From contig JBBDZC010000008.1 of assembly GCA_040900375.1 (NCBI GenBank), positions 66,182 to 130,181 on the forward strand: DNA of 64,000 nt, read 5' to 3'. How positions within the stretch are numbered: position 1 is the first letter of the stretch; every line of letters begins with the position of its first letter. A program made the translations under genes and the position numbers. Shown here in pieces: positions 27,477-36,156 of the stretch. Source of the stretch: Candidatus Anderseniibacteriota bacterium. Its GTDB lineage: Bacteria; Patescibacteriota; Andersenbacteria; UBA10190. The notes under the pieces were generated by a model. The model worked only from the letters and a program-made list of their open reading frames with translations. It was not told where the DNA came from and made no database searches.

Positions 27477-30269
27477 GTGGTTGATTATCTCGAACAAGCG
27501 ATCGCACAGTCCTGGCTCTTTATTGTTGCCTATTCTCCCCTCGGCATAATTGGGTTGTGGCGCTGGAGTGTCTGGTTGATTAAGAAAGGTTACGCTCGCC
27601 AGTATCAACCAGCTACGGGAGAATTTACGACCTCGGTTGCTGTCATTACTCCCGTTTACAACGAAAATCCCCAGCTCTTTCGTCGAGCGCTCGACTCGTG
27701 GCGCGCTAACAAGGTTAGTGAAATTATTGCGGTGATTGATTATACTGACACCGCCTGCATTGCGATATTTAAAGAATTTGCGCGCCGCTCCCCTGGGGCG
27801 CGCTTAGTGGTTACGGAAAAGCCAGGGAAACGGCCAGCGCTAGTGGAGGGAATGCAGATGGCACGCAGCGAAATTGTGGCCCTGGTTGATAGTGATACGG
27901 TATGGGATAGGGCGACAAAGCGGCAGGCACTGATTCCTTTCCGCGATCCTAAGATTGGCGGGGTCGCCACGCGGCAGAACGTGCTTAAGCCTAAAACTTT
28001 AGCGCAGCAGATCTTTAACGCTCAATTAAATCTTCGCTACCTGGAGGAGATGCCGTTTATGACGGCGCGCGGGGGGAGTGTCGTTACTTGTCTGTCGGGA
28101 CGCACCGCATTTTATCGCCGGGCGGCGGTCATACCCGTGCTTGATAACTTGCTCCACGAAACTTTTTGGGGTCAACCAGTGATTAGTGGTGATGATAAGT
28201 GCTTAACATACTTAGTCGAAGCCCAGGGGTGGAAAGTTGCTTTTCAACAAACGGCCCGTGTGTTTACCCCCGGCACGCCGACGGTGCGTAATTTTTTACG
28301 ACAGCGGTTGCGCTGGACCCGCAATAGTTGGCGGGCAGATTTACGCACGCTAACCCAAGCGTGGGTGTGGCGCCATCCTCGTTTTGCTTGGTACTTGCTT
28401 GATCGCGTCATCCAACCATTTGCCCAACTACTCTCACCACTCTTCTTTATTGTATCCATCCTGCTCGGGTTGGGGGTGCCCGCGGTGATTTTAGCTGGGT
28501 GGTGGCATGTGGGGCGGTTTTTACGGATGTATCCTCACTTGCGCCGACATCCCCGCGATATCGAATTGATCCCGCTGTACATTGTTCTTAATTTCTACTT
28601 GGCCTTGGTTAAAATTTACGCTCTCCTGACTTTGAATCGCCAGGGGTGGATTACGCGGTGGCACCACAGCCGCTTACCCCACGCGCCGCGGGCGCTGCAG
28701 CAGGTGGCAGCTTATGGACTGACAATGAGTATTGTCGGGACGCTGGGCTTAGGTGTTGGTCTCCACGAGCGCATGGTGTTGCAGGCTGCCCAGCACGATA
28801 CCTTGCAGCAAAGTTTGCGACCGCTGTCAGTGACTCCCGTATCGGCGCACGTGGTGGGGGGACTGTCCACCGGCGCGGCCAGCGGGGCAGTAATTGGGCG
28901 TCACGAAGTCCAGGCCGGGGACACGCTTAGTCGCCTAGCCCTGCACTATGGTCTTGAGCCCGAGGTCTTAGTGGCTCATAATGCCGTGCTCTTACCGAGC
29001 CGCAACTATATCGAACCTGGCTTGGTGATTAGTGTCCCCCCGGTCAATGCGCAGCCATCAGCTCCGGTGCGGTACACCACAACGTACCAAGATCAGGGAC
29101 CGCTACGCATCACGTATAATGCCGGTACTCACACCATTGAGGTGCGGGGCCGGGGTCGTCAGATAACATTAGAGGATATTCGCCAGGCCGTGGGTGAGCG
29201 TTACCTGCGTGAAGTCTCACCCCAGCAGTGGTACTTGACGGCCAATCTTACCTTGAAAGCGGGCGTGAGTTTACGACTTGAGCAACAGGAAGTAGCGTGG
29301 CTTAAACTTAAGAGTGAGCCGCATGATTTTGTGGTTATTACAGCCGAGAGCGGCCACATGTTGATCACCGGTACGAAACTTACTTCCTGGGACGAGACGC
29401 GCCAGAATGTGGACGAGACGCTAGCCGATGGCCGCAGCTATATCGTGGCGCGGGGGCACGCGCGGTTTGATATTTTTTCAGCGGAGCTAGCGTACTTAGG
29501 CTATCCGCCAGAGCCGCAGGGACCGGCGGGGACCACAGGGGTAACATGGAGACTCACCGACCAAGAAGAAGCTTTACTGACTGGGGAAGTACGTAATAGC
29601 CGCTTTCACCATAACTACCACGGGGCGCACATCGCGGGCGGGACGGGTATGGGCTGGTACGATAACCAATTTTATGACAACACCCAAGCCGGTTTAGCTC
29701 TCGATCTTGGCACGAGTCATGCTGTGATTGAGCGCAATACTCTGTCGCGTAATGGGGAACAGGGCATCCTTCTCCGGGCCCAGTCTCGCTATAACCAGAT
29801 CGTGAATAATGAAGTGGCGTACCACCGCGACGGCATTGCGGTGAATGCTGCAGTTGATAACATAATTTCCGGCAATCATCTGCGTGCTAATCAGCGCGGA
29901 TTACATATCGGCCAGCGTGTCCAGCGAACGCTTGTTACTAGTAATCACTTTCACAGTAATGAACACTCGGGGATCTCGGCAGCGGCGACCGCCGGGCATA
30001 ATCGCATTCAGGACAACCTTTTCGAGAAGAACCGTCTCGCCTTGTACTTGGCGGCTTCGAATAATGAGATTAGTGGCAATACCGTGCACGCCAACCAGAT
30101 TGGGATGTACTTACAGTCGCCGGCGAGTAATAATCGCTTATATCAAAACAAAATTGCCGGTAACGAAAGTTACGGGCTTTACATTAAAGCCTTAGCGCAC
30201 GAGATCAATTATGCAGGAAACAATGCCATCAAGGGTAATCGCATCAATGCGGTGGCCGCGGTTCTTTGA
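27477..30269 (+). CDS. Processive GT2 polysaccharide synthase fused to a LysM domain and a C-terminal right-handed beta-helix (C5-epimerase/lyase-like) domain
   Basis: The GT2 part has DSDTVWD and QRLRW (Q-x-x-R-W), with TM helices on either side. A LysM segment follows (VQAGDTLSRLALHYGLEPEVLVAHN). The C-terminus carries repeated NxxxN/G beta-helix units (RFHHNYHGAHIAGG…). Confidence 0.8.
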   Translation: MVDYLEQAIAQSWLFIVAYSPLGIIGLWRWSVWLIKKGYARQYQPATGEFTTSVAVITPVYNENPQLFRRALDSWRANKVSEIIAVIDYTDTACIAIFKEFARRSPGARLVVTEKPGKRPALVEGMQMARSEIVALVDSDTVWDRATKRQALIPFRDPKIGGVATRQNVLKPKTLAQQIFNAQLNLRYLEEMPFMTARGGSVVTCLSGRTAFYRRAAVIPVLDNLLHETFWGQPVISGDDKCLTYLVEAQGWKVAFQQTARVFTPGTPTVRNFLRQRLRWTRNSWRADLRTLTQAWVWRHPRFAWYLLDRVIQPFAQLLSPLFFIVSILLGLGVPAVILAGWWHVGRFLRMYPHLRRHPRDIELIPLYIVLNFYLALVKIYALLTLNRQGWITRWHHSRLPHAPRALQQVAAYGLTMSIVGTLGLGVGLHERMVLQAAQHDTLQQSLRPLSVTPVSAHVVGGLSTGAASGAVIGRHEVQAGDTLSRLALHYGLEPEVLVAHNAVLLPSRNYIEPGLVISVPPVNAQPSAPVRYTTTYQDQGPLRITYNAGTHTIEVRGRGRQITLEDIRQAVGERYLREVSPQQWYLTANLTLKAGVSLRLEQQEVAWLKLKSEPHDFVVITAESGHMLITGTKLTSWDETRQNVDETLADGRSYIVARGHARFDIFSAELAYLGYPPEPQGPAGTTGVTWRLTDQEEALLTGEVRNSRFHHNYHGAHIAGGTGMGWYDNQFYDNTQAGLALDLGTSHAVIERNTLSRNGEQGILLRAQSRYNQIVNNEVAYHRDGIAVNAAVDNIISGNHLRANQRGLHIGQRVQRTLVTSNHFHSNEHSGISAAATAGHNRIQDNLFEKNRLALYLAASNNEISGNTVHANQIGMYLQSPASNNRLYQNKIAGNESYGLYIKALAHEINYAGNNAIKGNRINAVAAVL

Positions 30270-30336
30270 AGAGATTATGACAAATATAGTATTGCCTTTA
30301 TGGTACCGCTACGGTTTACTAAAAAGTAGACAACGT

Positions 30337-31941
30337 ATGCGATCAACTATTTTCCTCGCCAAGGCTCGTGGGGGATTGATGTCTCGGTTAGGGCTTGTAG
30401 CCCTGGTCTTGTTCGTCATCGGGGGATTGGGGGTATTTTCTGCCTCGGCTGCCGCCACGCCTTGTACGAGCACTGATATTCGTTGGGCGAGTTCATCCAA
30501 TACCATCTACATTTTTGGGGAAAACGTTGTGTGTACCCTAATGGACATTGACCAACTGGTACCCAAGGCGAATCTCGCCCTAGTTAATCCGACCGAGCAT
30601 ATCTGGTTTCTGGGTACTAACTTAGTGGTGCAACAAGGGGCCACGTTGCAACTCCATGGCACCAGCATTGGTGGCGATGTGGACTATTTGCGACTCAAGA
30701 GTAACAACACCTCTACTACCCATAGCATTGTCTGGATCCGGGCTGATTGGGGAATAATTGATATCGACACGACCAAAATTACTTCTTGGGATGAGGCCAC
30801 GGGCGAAACCGATAAAGAATATGAACAATATCGGCGATCATTTATCCAAGCCCGGTCACGGTTGGCGCTCGATGGTGTGACCCCTAATGAATCGCACATG
30901 AATATTAAGAATAGTGAAATTGGGTACTTGGGCTACGCGGGGGCGGAAGCTTACGGCCTATCATGGAAGGTCAATGGGAAAGAAGAAAATCTGTTTGATT
31001 TGGTCAATATCTATGGCGAGGTGATTAATAATCGCATTCACCACAACTATTTTGGCGCTTACACCTACGGCGCCGAGGGCATGCACTGGCAAGGCAATGA
31101 ACTTGATAATAACGTGGTCTATGGTCTCGACCCCCACGACAACTCCGATAACTTAGTGATTGAAGATAACGACGCTCACCACAATGGTTCGCACGGTATT
31201 ATCTGCTCGCGTTTCTGTGACCACTTAATCATTCGCAATAACGTGGCGCGGGATAACGGCGGCAACGGCATCATGCTGCATCGGCTCACCGACTTTTCTT
31301 TAATAGAAGGGAATGAAACCTTTAACAACAGTGATTCGGGCATCGCCGTTTTTGACAGCCACCACAACACGATTCGCGGCAATAGAAGCTATGGCAATGC
31401 CAAGGGCATACGCTTCAGCGTGGGCAGTTCGCATAACCTAGTAACCGAAAACCAGATTCACGATAACGATTCTTATGGCCTTTACTTCTATCAGGGCAGT
31501 GACGCCCCCACGAATTCAGGCGACAGCGGGCGGCCCCACGATAATCAGTTCATTAATAATGAAGTCTCGGGCAGCGGCATCTATGGTCTTAAAATGAAGG
31601 AGACTGACGATAACCTCTTTCAAGATAATCACTTTACGGATAACGGCCGATCTCTCTTAATTGAGTTGAGTAGCCACAATCGTTTCGAGAACAATACGAT
31701 TGAAGACAACAGCGAAACGGGGATCGTCTTAAGCGGGGCTTCCGACCACGAACTTGTTGGCAACCTCATTGAACACAACGGTGACGTGGGTATCTATCTG
31801 AAGAAGGAAAGTGACAATGCCGTCATTACCAATAATACTATCCGCCAACACAATAAGTACGGGATTCGGGTAGTGGATAGCGAGGGGGTGACAATCGAGG
31901 ACAACATCTTTGAAGATAATGGTCAGGATATCAGTTCGTAG
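30337..31941 (+). CDS. Secreted right-handed parallel beta-helix protein (AlgG/NosD-like)
   Basis: The product has a signal peptide or TM segment and many beta-helix repeats (…HHNYFGAYTYGAEGMHWQGNELDNNVVYGLDPHDNSDNLVIEDNDAHHNGSHGI…). I chose the start at Met 30337 because the ORF track start at 30211 overlaps the upstream gene. Confidence 0.65.
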   Translation: MRSTIFLAKARGGLMSRLGLVALVLFVIGGLGVFSASAAATPCTSTDIRWASSSNTIYIFGENVVCTLMDIDQLVPKANLALVNPTEHIWFLGTNLVVQQGATLQLHGTSIGGDVDYLRLKSNNTSTTHSIVWIRADWGIIDIDTTKITSWDEATGETDKEYEQYRRSFIQARSRLALDGVTPNESHMNIKNSEIGYLGYAGAEAYGLSWKVNGKEENLFDLVNIYGEVINNRIHHNYFGAYTYGAEGMHWQGNELDNNVVYGLDPHDNSDNLVIEDNDAHHNGSHGIICSRFCDHLIIRNNVARDNGGNGIMLHRLTDFSLIEGNETFNNSDSGIAVFDSHHNTIRGNRSYGNAKGIRFSVGSSHNLVTENQIHDNDSYGLYFYQGSDAPTNSGDSGRPHDNQFINNEVSGSGIYGLKMKETDDNLFQDNHFTDNGRSLLIELSSHNRFENNTIEDNSETGIVLSGASDHELVGNLIEHNGDVGIYLKKESDNAVITNNTIRQHNKYGIRVVDSEGVTIEDNIFEDNGQDISS

Positions 31942-32011
31942 ACTCGGCGCACGACTGCAGACATTTAGCACTCGCCGTATCTCTCCCCCGCTCGCGTGGG
32001 GAGTAATTTTA

Positions 32012-33202
32012 ATGAGCAGCGTGGGGCTGGGTTTCCTGGCTTATAGCGCCGGGCTTTTTCTGGCGTCGCCACTTTTGCTCTCGCTCGCGCACTCGCGCAC
32101 ACTGGAGTCTCTGCCGGCGAGTGTCATACTCTCCACAGAAATAGTAGGGGAAGTACTCCTTGAAGGATCACCGCCCGTGGCGGATATCCAGACGCCCGCT
32201 TTGTTGCCGCCCAGTCTATTGCCAAGTCCGGTGCTTGCCGCCACTATCTTGGTGAGTCCCACTGGTGTGGATGCGCCTGACCGGGGGATAGGTGGTCGTC
32301 CGTTGCGGACTGTATCGCAGGCTCTACAGCGCGCCCGGCCAGGAGATGTGATCGAGGTGCAAGCGGGCGAGTACCAGGAACACATAGTGACCACGACTGC
32401 GGGGCAAGCGCAGCAGCCAATTACGCTCCGGGCGCAGGGTCGCGTGGTTTTCAAGGGTGATCAAAAGCACGGGCGGCTGATGGAGGTACGGCACGACTAT
32501 TACGATATTTCGGGCTTTGAATTTACGAACGCCGATATTCTCCTGTGGCTTGAGGGTGCCAGGTACGCCAAGATTACCAATAACTATTTTCATGAAGCCC
32601 AGGGTGAATGTGTGCGCTTCAAATATCACTCGACGCATAATCTCTTTGCGCATAACCGCGTAGAATTTTGCGGGCGAGAGGATTTTGGCGGCGGCGGTGA
32701 TGGTAAAAATGGCGAGGGCCTCTACCTCGGTACTGCTCCCGAGCAGCTTGATCGCAACCCAACGCCCGAGACTGACCAGACCAACGCGAACACTATTCGC
32801 GCTAATACGTTTAATACCCGGGGGAACGAGTGTGTTGATATTAAAGAAGGAGCGAGCGAGAATGTTGTGGAGTTTAATGACTGTACGGGCCAACGCGATT
32901 CCGAGAGCGGCGGGTTCGACGCCCGCGGCAGCGGTAATATTTTTCGCTACAACACCAGCTACGGTAACCTCGGGGCCGGGATCCGGTTCGGCGGCGATGA
33001 GGAAAGTGATGGTATTAACAACCAGGCCTACGGCAACGAGCTCTACCAGAATGAAAATGTGGCCATAAAAGTAATGCGCTTACCCCAGGGGCTTATTTGT
33101 GGTAACAAAGTTTCTGCAAATGAGAGCGGGTTTTCTAATAACAAGAGTATCCAGAATCCAGCTTGTCCTTTTCCGCTCTCGCCACCAGGCCGGCCTTCTT
33201 AA
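32012..33202 (+). CDS. Secreted pectin-lyase-fold (DUF1565-like) beta-helix protein
   Basis: A signal peptide is followed by RTVSQALQRARPGDVIEVQAGEY, a typical N-terminus for lyase or hydrolase beta-helices. More beta-helix repeats follow. I chose the start at 32012. Confidence 0.6.
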   Translation: MSSVGLGFLAYSAGLFLASPLLLSLAHSRTLESLPASVILSTEIVGEVLLEGSPPVADIQTPALLPPSLLPSPVLAATILVSPTGVDAPDRGIGGRPLRTVSQALQRARPGDVIEVQAGEYQEHIVTTTAGQAQQPITLRAQGRVVFKGDQKHGRLMEVRHDYYDISGFEFTNADILLWLEGARYAKITNNYFHEAQGECVRFKYHSTHNLFAHNRVEFCGREDFGGGGDGKNGEGLYLGTAPEQLDRNPTPETDQTNANTIRANTFNTRGNECVDIKEGASENVVEFNDCTGQRDSESGGFDARGSGNIFRYNTSYGNLGAGIRFGGDEESDGINNQAYGNELYQNENVAIKVMRLPQGLICGNKVSANESGFSNNKSIQNPACPFPLSPPGRPS

Positions 33203-33670
33203 AAAACAATCGTCTTTTTGGTTGACGAATTGCGGGTCGTGGCTCTACAGTGAACTTTGAGTAGAAGAATTGTTGTTCATTTTACGCACCCTATTTACAC
33301 GGGCAAAAAAGTGCCAAGGAGACACGGATGGGAGTCGGCATTGCTATGTCTCGGATCTGCTGTTTTCAGTGCGGCGACTTGCTCTACGCAAGTGCGCAAG
33401 GACACTGGCCACCCGATGGTGATATTCCGCTGATTGGACAGCGGCTCATTTTTTGCTGTTCCTGTTGCACGAAGGAGTCTACGGATGAAGCGACCCAAGA
33501 GGGAACGGTGCCAAGTGCGGTACTTGCCACTAGTAGTACGCCATCGTGTTCTCTACCACTTGTTGGTAGTGCACCGCATGCGGCGCATCCCTCGCTGCTA
33601 ACATTGCAGCAGGCTCGGTACTTTTGGTTGCGGCCGCCTTTAGACAAGTAGACGTCAGAGGCGGTTTCAT

Positions 33671-33713
33671 AGCAGGAAGTTTCTTTTCCAGCAAGGAACT
33701 TCCTGCTTTTTCT
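33671..33713 (+). terminator. Rho-independent terminator candidate (bidirectional hairpin)
   Basis: A perfect 11-bp stem (AGCAGGAAGTT / AACTTCCTGCT) is followed by TTTTT on the plus strand. It lies between convergent genes. Confidence 0.5.
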
Positions 33714-33726
33714 TAAGGTTTCCTTA

Positions 33727-34827
33727 TTACTCAAGGCAGGCGTTAAATTGTTGGACTTGCTGATTGAGGCGTGTCATTAAAGCTTTGGCGGCCTCAATCT
33801 TACTATTTAAAATTGTTACCTGCTCGTTATAGATGCGCTGTTGTTCTTGTAATACTCTCACCGCCTGATTATAGGCAGTTTGTTGCTGCCGCGCTTGATC
33901 AACTAACGCTTCGCCTTCGGCTTGGAGCCGTTGGCCTTCATCCCAATACGGCTGGGCTTGCTCGCGGGAGCCAGTTTCTTGGTAGATTTTATTCCCTTCC
34001 TCTATTTTAGCGTTACCGGCGGCAATCGTTGCCTCGGCTCGGGCGATCAACGCTTCAATTGCAGTCAATTCCTGGGCGAGGCTGTCTTCTTGGCTCTCAA
34101 TTTCTTGCCGCGCCTGGTCGAGGGTGGCACTTAAGGCGGCGGTTTCTGCTTCAATTTGTTCAAGTTGGGTGCGCAGACTTTCATCGGGTAGTGGACAGGT
34201 GCCGAGCGGCAGCGCGAAGGTTTGCACTGCAAGCCACGTGCGCTGGCCCTCGAAGGTGCCGGGAGCGGCGGCAATGCCAATCTCACTAAATTTCTCGTGC
34301 AAAATGTTCTCGCGGTGGCCAGGGCTATCCATCCAGGCTTGGACGAGGGCAACGTCGCTGCCAAAATTGCCGAGCGCCAGATTTTCACCGACGCGAATGT
34401 ACTCATAGCCTACGCCCTCGACCCAATCAGCCGGGCCTTTGCCGTCAGGCCCGACATGTTCGAAATATTGCTGGGCAAACATGTCCTGCAGCTTTTGCGC
34501 GGCGGCGCGATTGAGCAGCGTGTTGGCCGTGAGCGGCGCCTGACCGGCGACTTGTCGGTGTGCATTGGTTTCCTGCAGGATACCGCCCTGGGTGAGCGTA
34601 CCAGCGTGTGGCTGATCAGGGCCCCGCAGGGGTGGGGGCGTTATGATGCGGCGGGGGTCGTCAAGCAATTCGTCGAGGGAGGGCAGCGCCGCTAAGTCAT
34701 CGAGCACTACCCGCTGTTGGGGTGAGGACTGATACCATGTTATGCCGAGGATACTCGCCAAGATGATCAGGGCGATAACTATAACTGCTGCCAGCGGCGT
34801 AATGTATCCCCTTGAAGTCATCAACAT
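33727..34827 (-). CDS. Membrane-anchored CAP/SCP/PR1-like domain protein with a long C-terminal coiled coil
   Basis: The product has an N-terminal TM segment and a CAP motif (…VQAWMDSPGHRENILHEKFSEIGIA…). The C-terminal 170 aa or so are Q/E/A-rich heptad repeats. Confidence 0.7.
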   Translation of the reverse strand: MLMTSRGYITPLAAVIVIALIILASILGITWYQSSPQQRVVLDDLAALPSLDELLDDPRRIITPPPLRGPDQPHAGTLTQGGILQETNAHRQVAGQAPLTANTLLNRAAAQKLQDMFAQQYFEHVGPDGKGPADWVEGVGYEYIRVGENLALGNFGSDVALVQAWMDSPGHRENILHEKFSEIGIAAAPGTFEGQRTWLAVQTFALPLGTCPLPDESLRTQLEQIEAETAALSATLDQARQEIESQEDSLAQELTAIEALIARAEATIAAGNAKIEEGNKIYQETGSREQAQPYWDEGQRLQAEGEALVDQARQQQTAYNQAVRVLQEQQRIYNEQVTILNSKIEAAKALMTRLNQQVQQFNACLE

Positions 34828-34828
34828 G

Positions 34829-34860
34829 TTTTCTAGTATACGTCTTTTCTAGTATACGTC
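34829..34860. repeat. Perfect 16-bp tandem duplication (TTTTCTAGTATACGTC, two copies) immediately upstream of the CAP gene start
   Basis: Both copies were read directly from the sequence. On the coding (minus) strand each copy carries a TATACT -10-like hexamer. Confidence 0.6.
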
Positions 34861-34927
34861 AGATTAAGCTCGGGCACGGGCTGTGCCCCCATAGCTCGCT
34901 GGTAGCCTGCCACTGTTTGCCTCATTA

Positions 34928-34953
34928 CCATATTTCGATATATCGAAATATGG
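34928..34953. promoter_or_regulatory. Perfect 26-bp palindrome CCATATTTCGATA|TATCGAAATATGG (candidate operator)
   Basis: I verified exact dyad symmetry. It lies between the SipW-like gene and the CAP gene. Confidence 0.4.
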
Positions 34954-35005
34954 GCTAAGGGTGATTCTTGGCTCACTGATGGCGTGGGAGTTGGGCCGTG
35001 TGGTT

Positions 35006-36088
35006 TCAGGGTGCGGTGTTGTGGAGATCAACTGAAATATTGATATCTCCAGAAGTTACCGTGCCGCCGGTGGTGTTGTCTTCCGCCGTGTTGCCACCAG
35101 TGGTGGCGTCAACAGTAATAGTGTTGCTGATTTGTGTCTCTGTCGTGCTGGTTATATCGCACTCACTGCTAACTTCGGTATTGTTTTCATTCGTCGAGCC
35201 AGGGCCGGTATTTTCATTGCGCTGCTCAATATTTACATCGAGATCACAGTTTGCAGCGGGTAAGGGAGAAGGTGAAGGACTGACGCTGGGCTCTGGAGAG
35301 GGACTGGGAGAAACTGAAGGCGATGGCTCGGTTGAAGGCGTAGGTGAGGGAGAGGGGAAAATAGCGGACGTGGAAAATTGACTGTTAGTTATAGCTGCGG
35401 AGTCTGAAAAAACTGCTAACGTGGCAGGGACAGTCACCAAAAGAACGGCAAAGGCTGTCGCTCCTTTAAGTAATAAGCGCGGTTGGCGCAGCTGTCGCCA
35501 AGCCTGCTTCATAGCGGCGAGTTCTTGCAGGATAACTAGCGTTGCCGGCAGCAGAATGGCAAGCGTAAAACCGGTTTTAGTGTGGAGCCAGCGCAGTAAG
35601 TATCCTAGATACGGAATAGACATATCGGCTGCGCCGATCACGAAGCCGTGCGGCACTAGTTTAGAATCAGCAACATTATTAGCGTCACCTTGAGTGCGAT
35701 AAGCTAGGCCTTGCTTCGTGGTGACATTCTCAATAATGCGGTGCGTGGTAGTGCCTTTGGCCGAACGAAATGTAATGATGTCGCCGGGGGCATAGGCCAG
35801 CTGCTCTTTCACGGTAATGACGGCACCGGTGGCGATGACGGGCTCCATGCTGCCAGAGCGCACGACGAAGAGTTCGGTAGTACGAACGGTATGCCATATC
35901 CCGGCGCTGGCGGTAATTACTGCTACGAATAGGAAAAATGTTACTACTTGCCTGACGCGGGATTGAGAGGTAGTAGGCAAGCGAATTTGGCTGTGATGTT
36001 GCTGCAACGGGCGAAACTCTGCGTAAGTAATCACGCGTTCGGAAGTTGGCCGTATTTGTGGTGGTTGAATGCTATCCATGAGGGACAA
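35006..36088 (-). CDS. SipW/Sec11-type (archaeal-type) signal peptidase I with a C-terminal substrate-like extension
   Basis: The N-terminus has a TM segment and the SGSMEP catalytic motif, then a second TM. A signal-peptide-like segment follows (MKQAWRQLRQPRLLLKGATAFAVLLVTVPATLAVFSDSAAITNSQFST), then a Pro/Ser linker and one copy of the TGGN…NTTGG…SGD repeat. Confidence 0.75.
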   Translation of the reverse strand: MSLMDSIQPPQIRPTSERVITYAEFRPLQQHHSQIRLPTTSQSRVRQVVTFFLFVAVITASAGIWHTVRTTELFVVRSGSMEPVIATGAVITVKEQLAYAPGDIITFRSAKGTTTHRIIENVTTKQGLAYRTQGDANNVADSKLVPHGFVIGAADMSIPYLGYLLRWLHTKTGFTLAILLPATLVILQELAAMKQAWRQLRQPRLLLKGATAFAVLLVTVPATLAVFSDSAAITNSQFSTSAIFPSPSPTPSTEPSPSVSPSPSPEPSVSPSPSPLPAANCDLDVNIEQRNENTGPGSTNENNTEVSSECDITSTTETQISNTITVDATTGGNTAEDNTTGGTVTSGDINISVDLHNTAP

Positions 36089-36156
36089 GGGCGATTGTTT
36101 TAATCACCCTTGCTGCCTCACCGATTAACCTTTTAGTTAGCAATTATTCGGCTTAT

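Noticed and set aside
32324-32893. A 189 aa minus-strand ORF inside the DUF1565 beta-helix gene
   Set aside because: It is antisense to an ORF with a signal peptide and beta-helix repeats. It is a shadow ORF.
33384-33734. A 116 aa minus-strand ORF overlapping the Cys-rich plus-strand ORF
   Set aside because: The plus-strand intrinsic terminator at 33671-33713 favours a plus-strand transcript. Neither ORF has recognisable homology, so I reported only the plus ORF, as a low-confidence finding.
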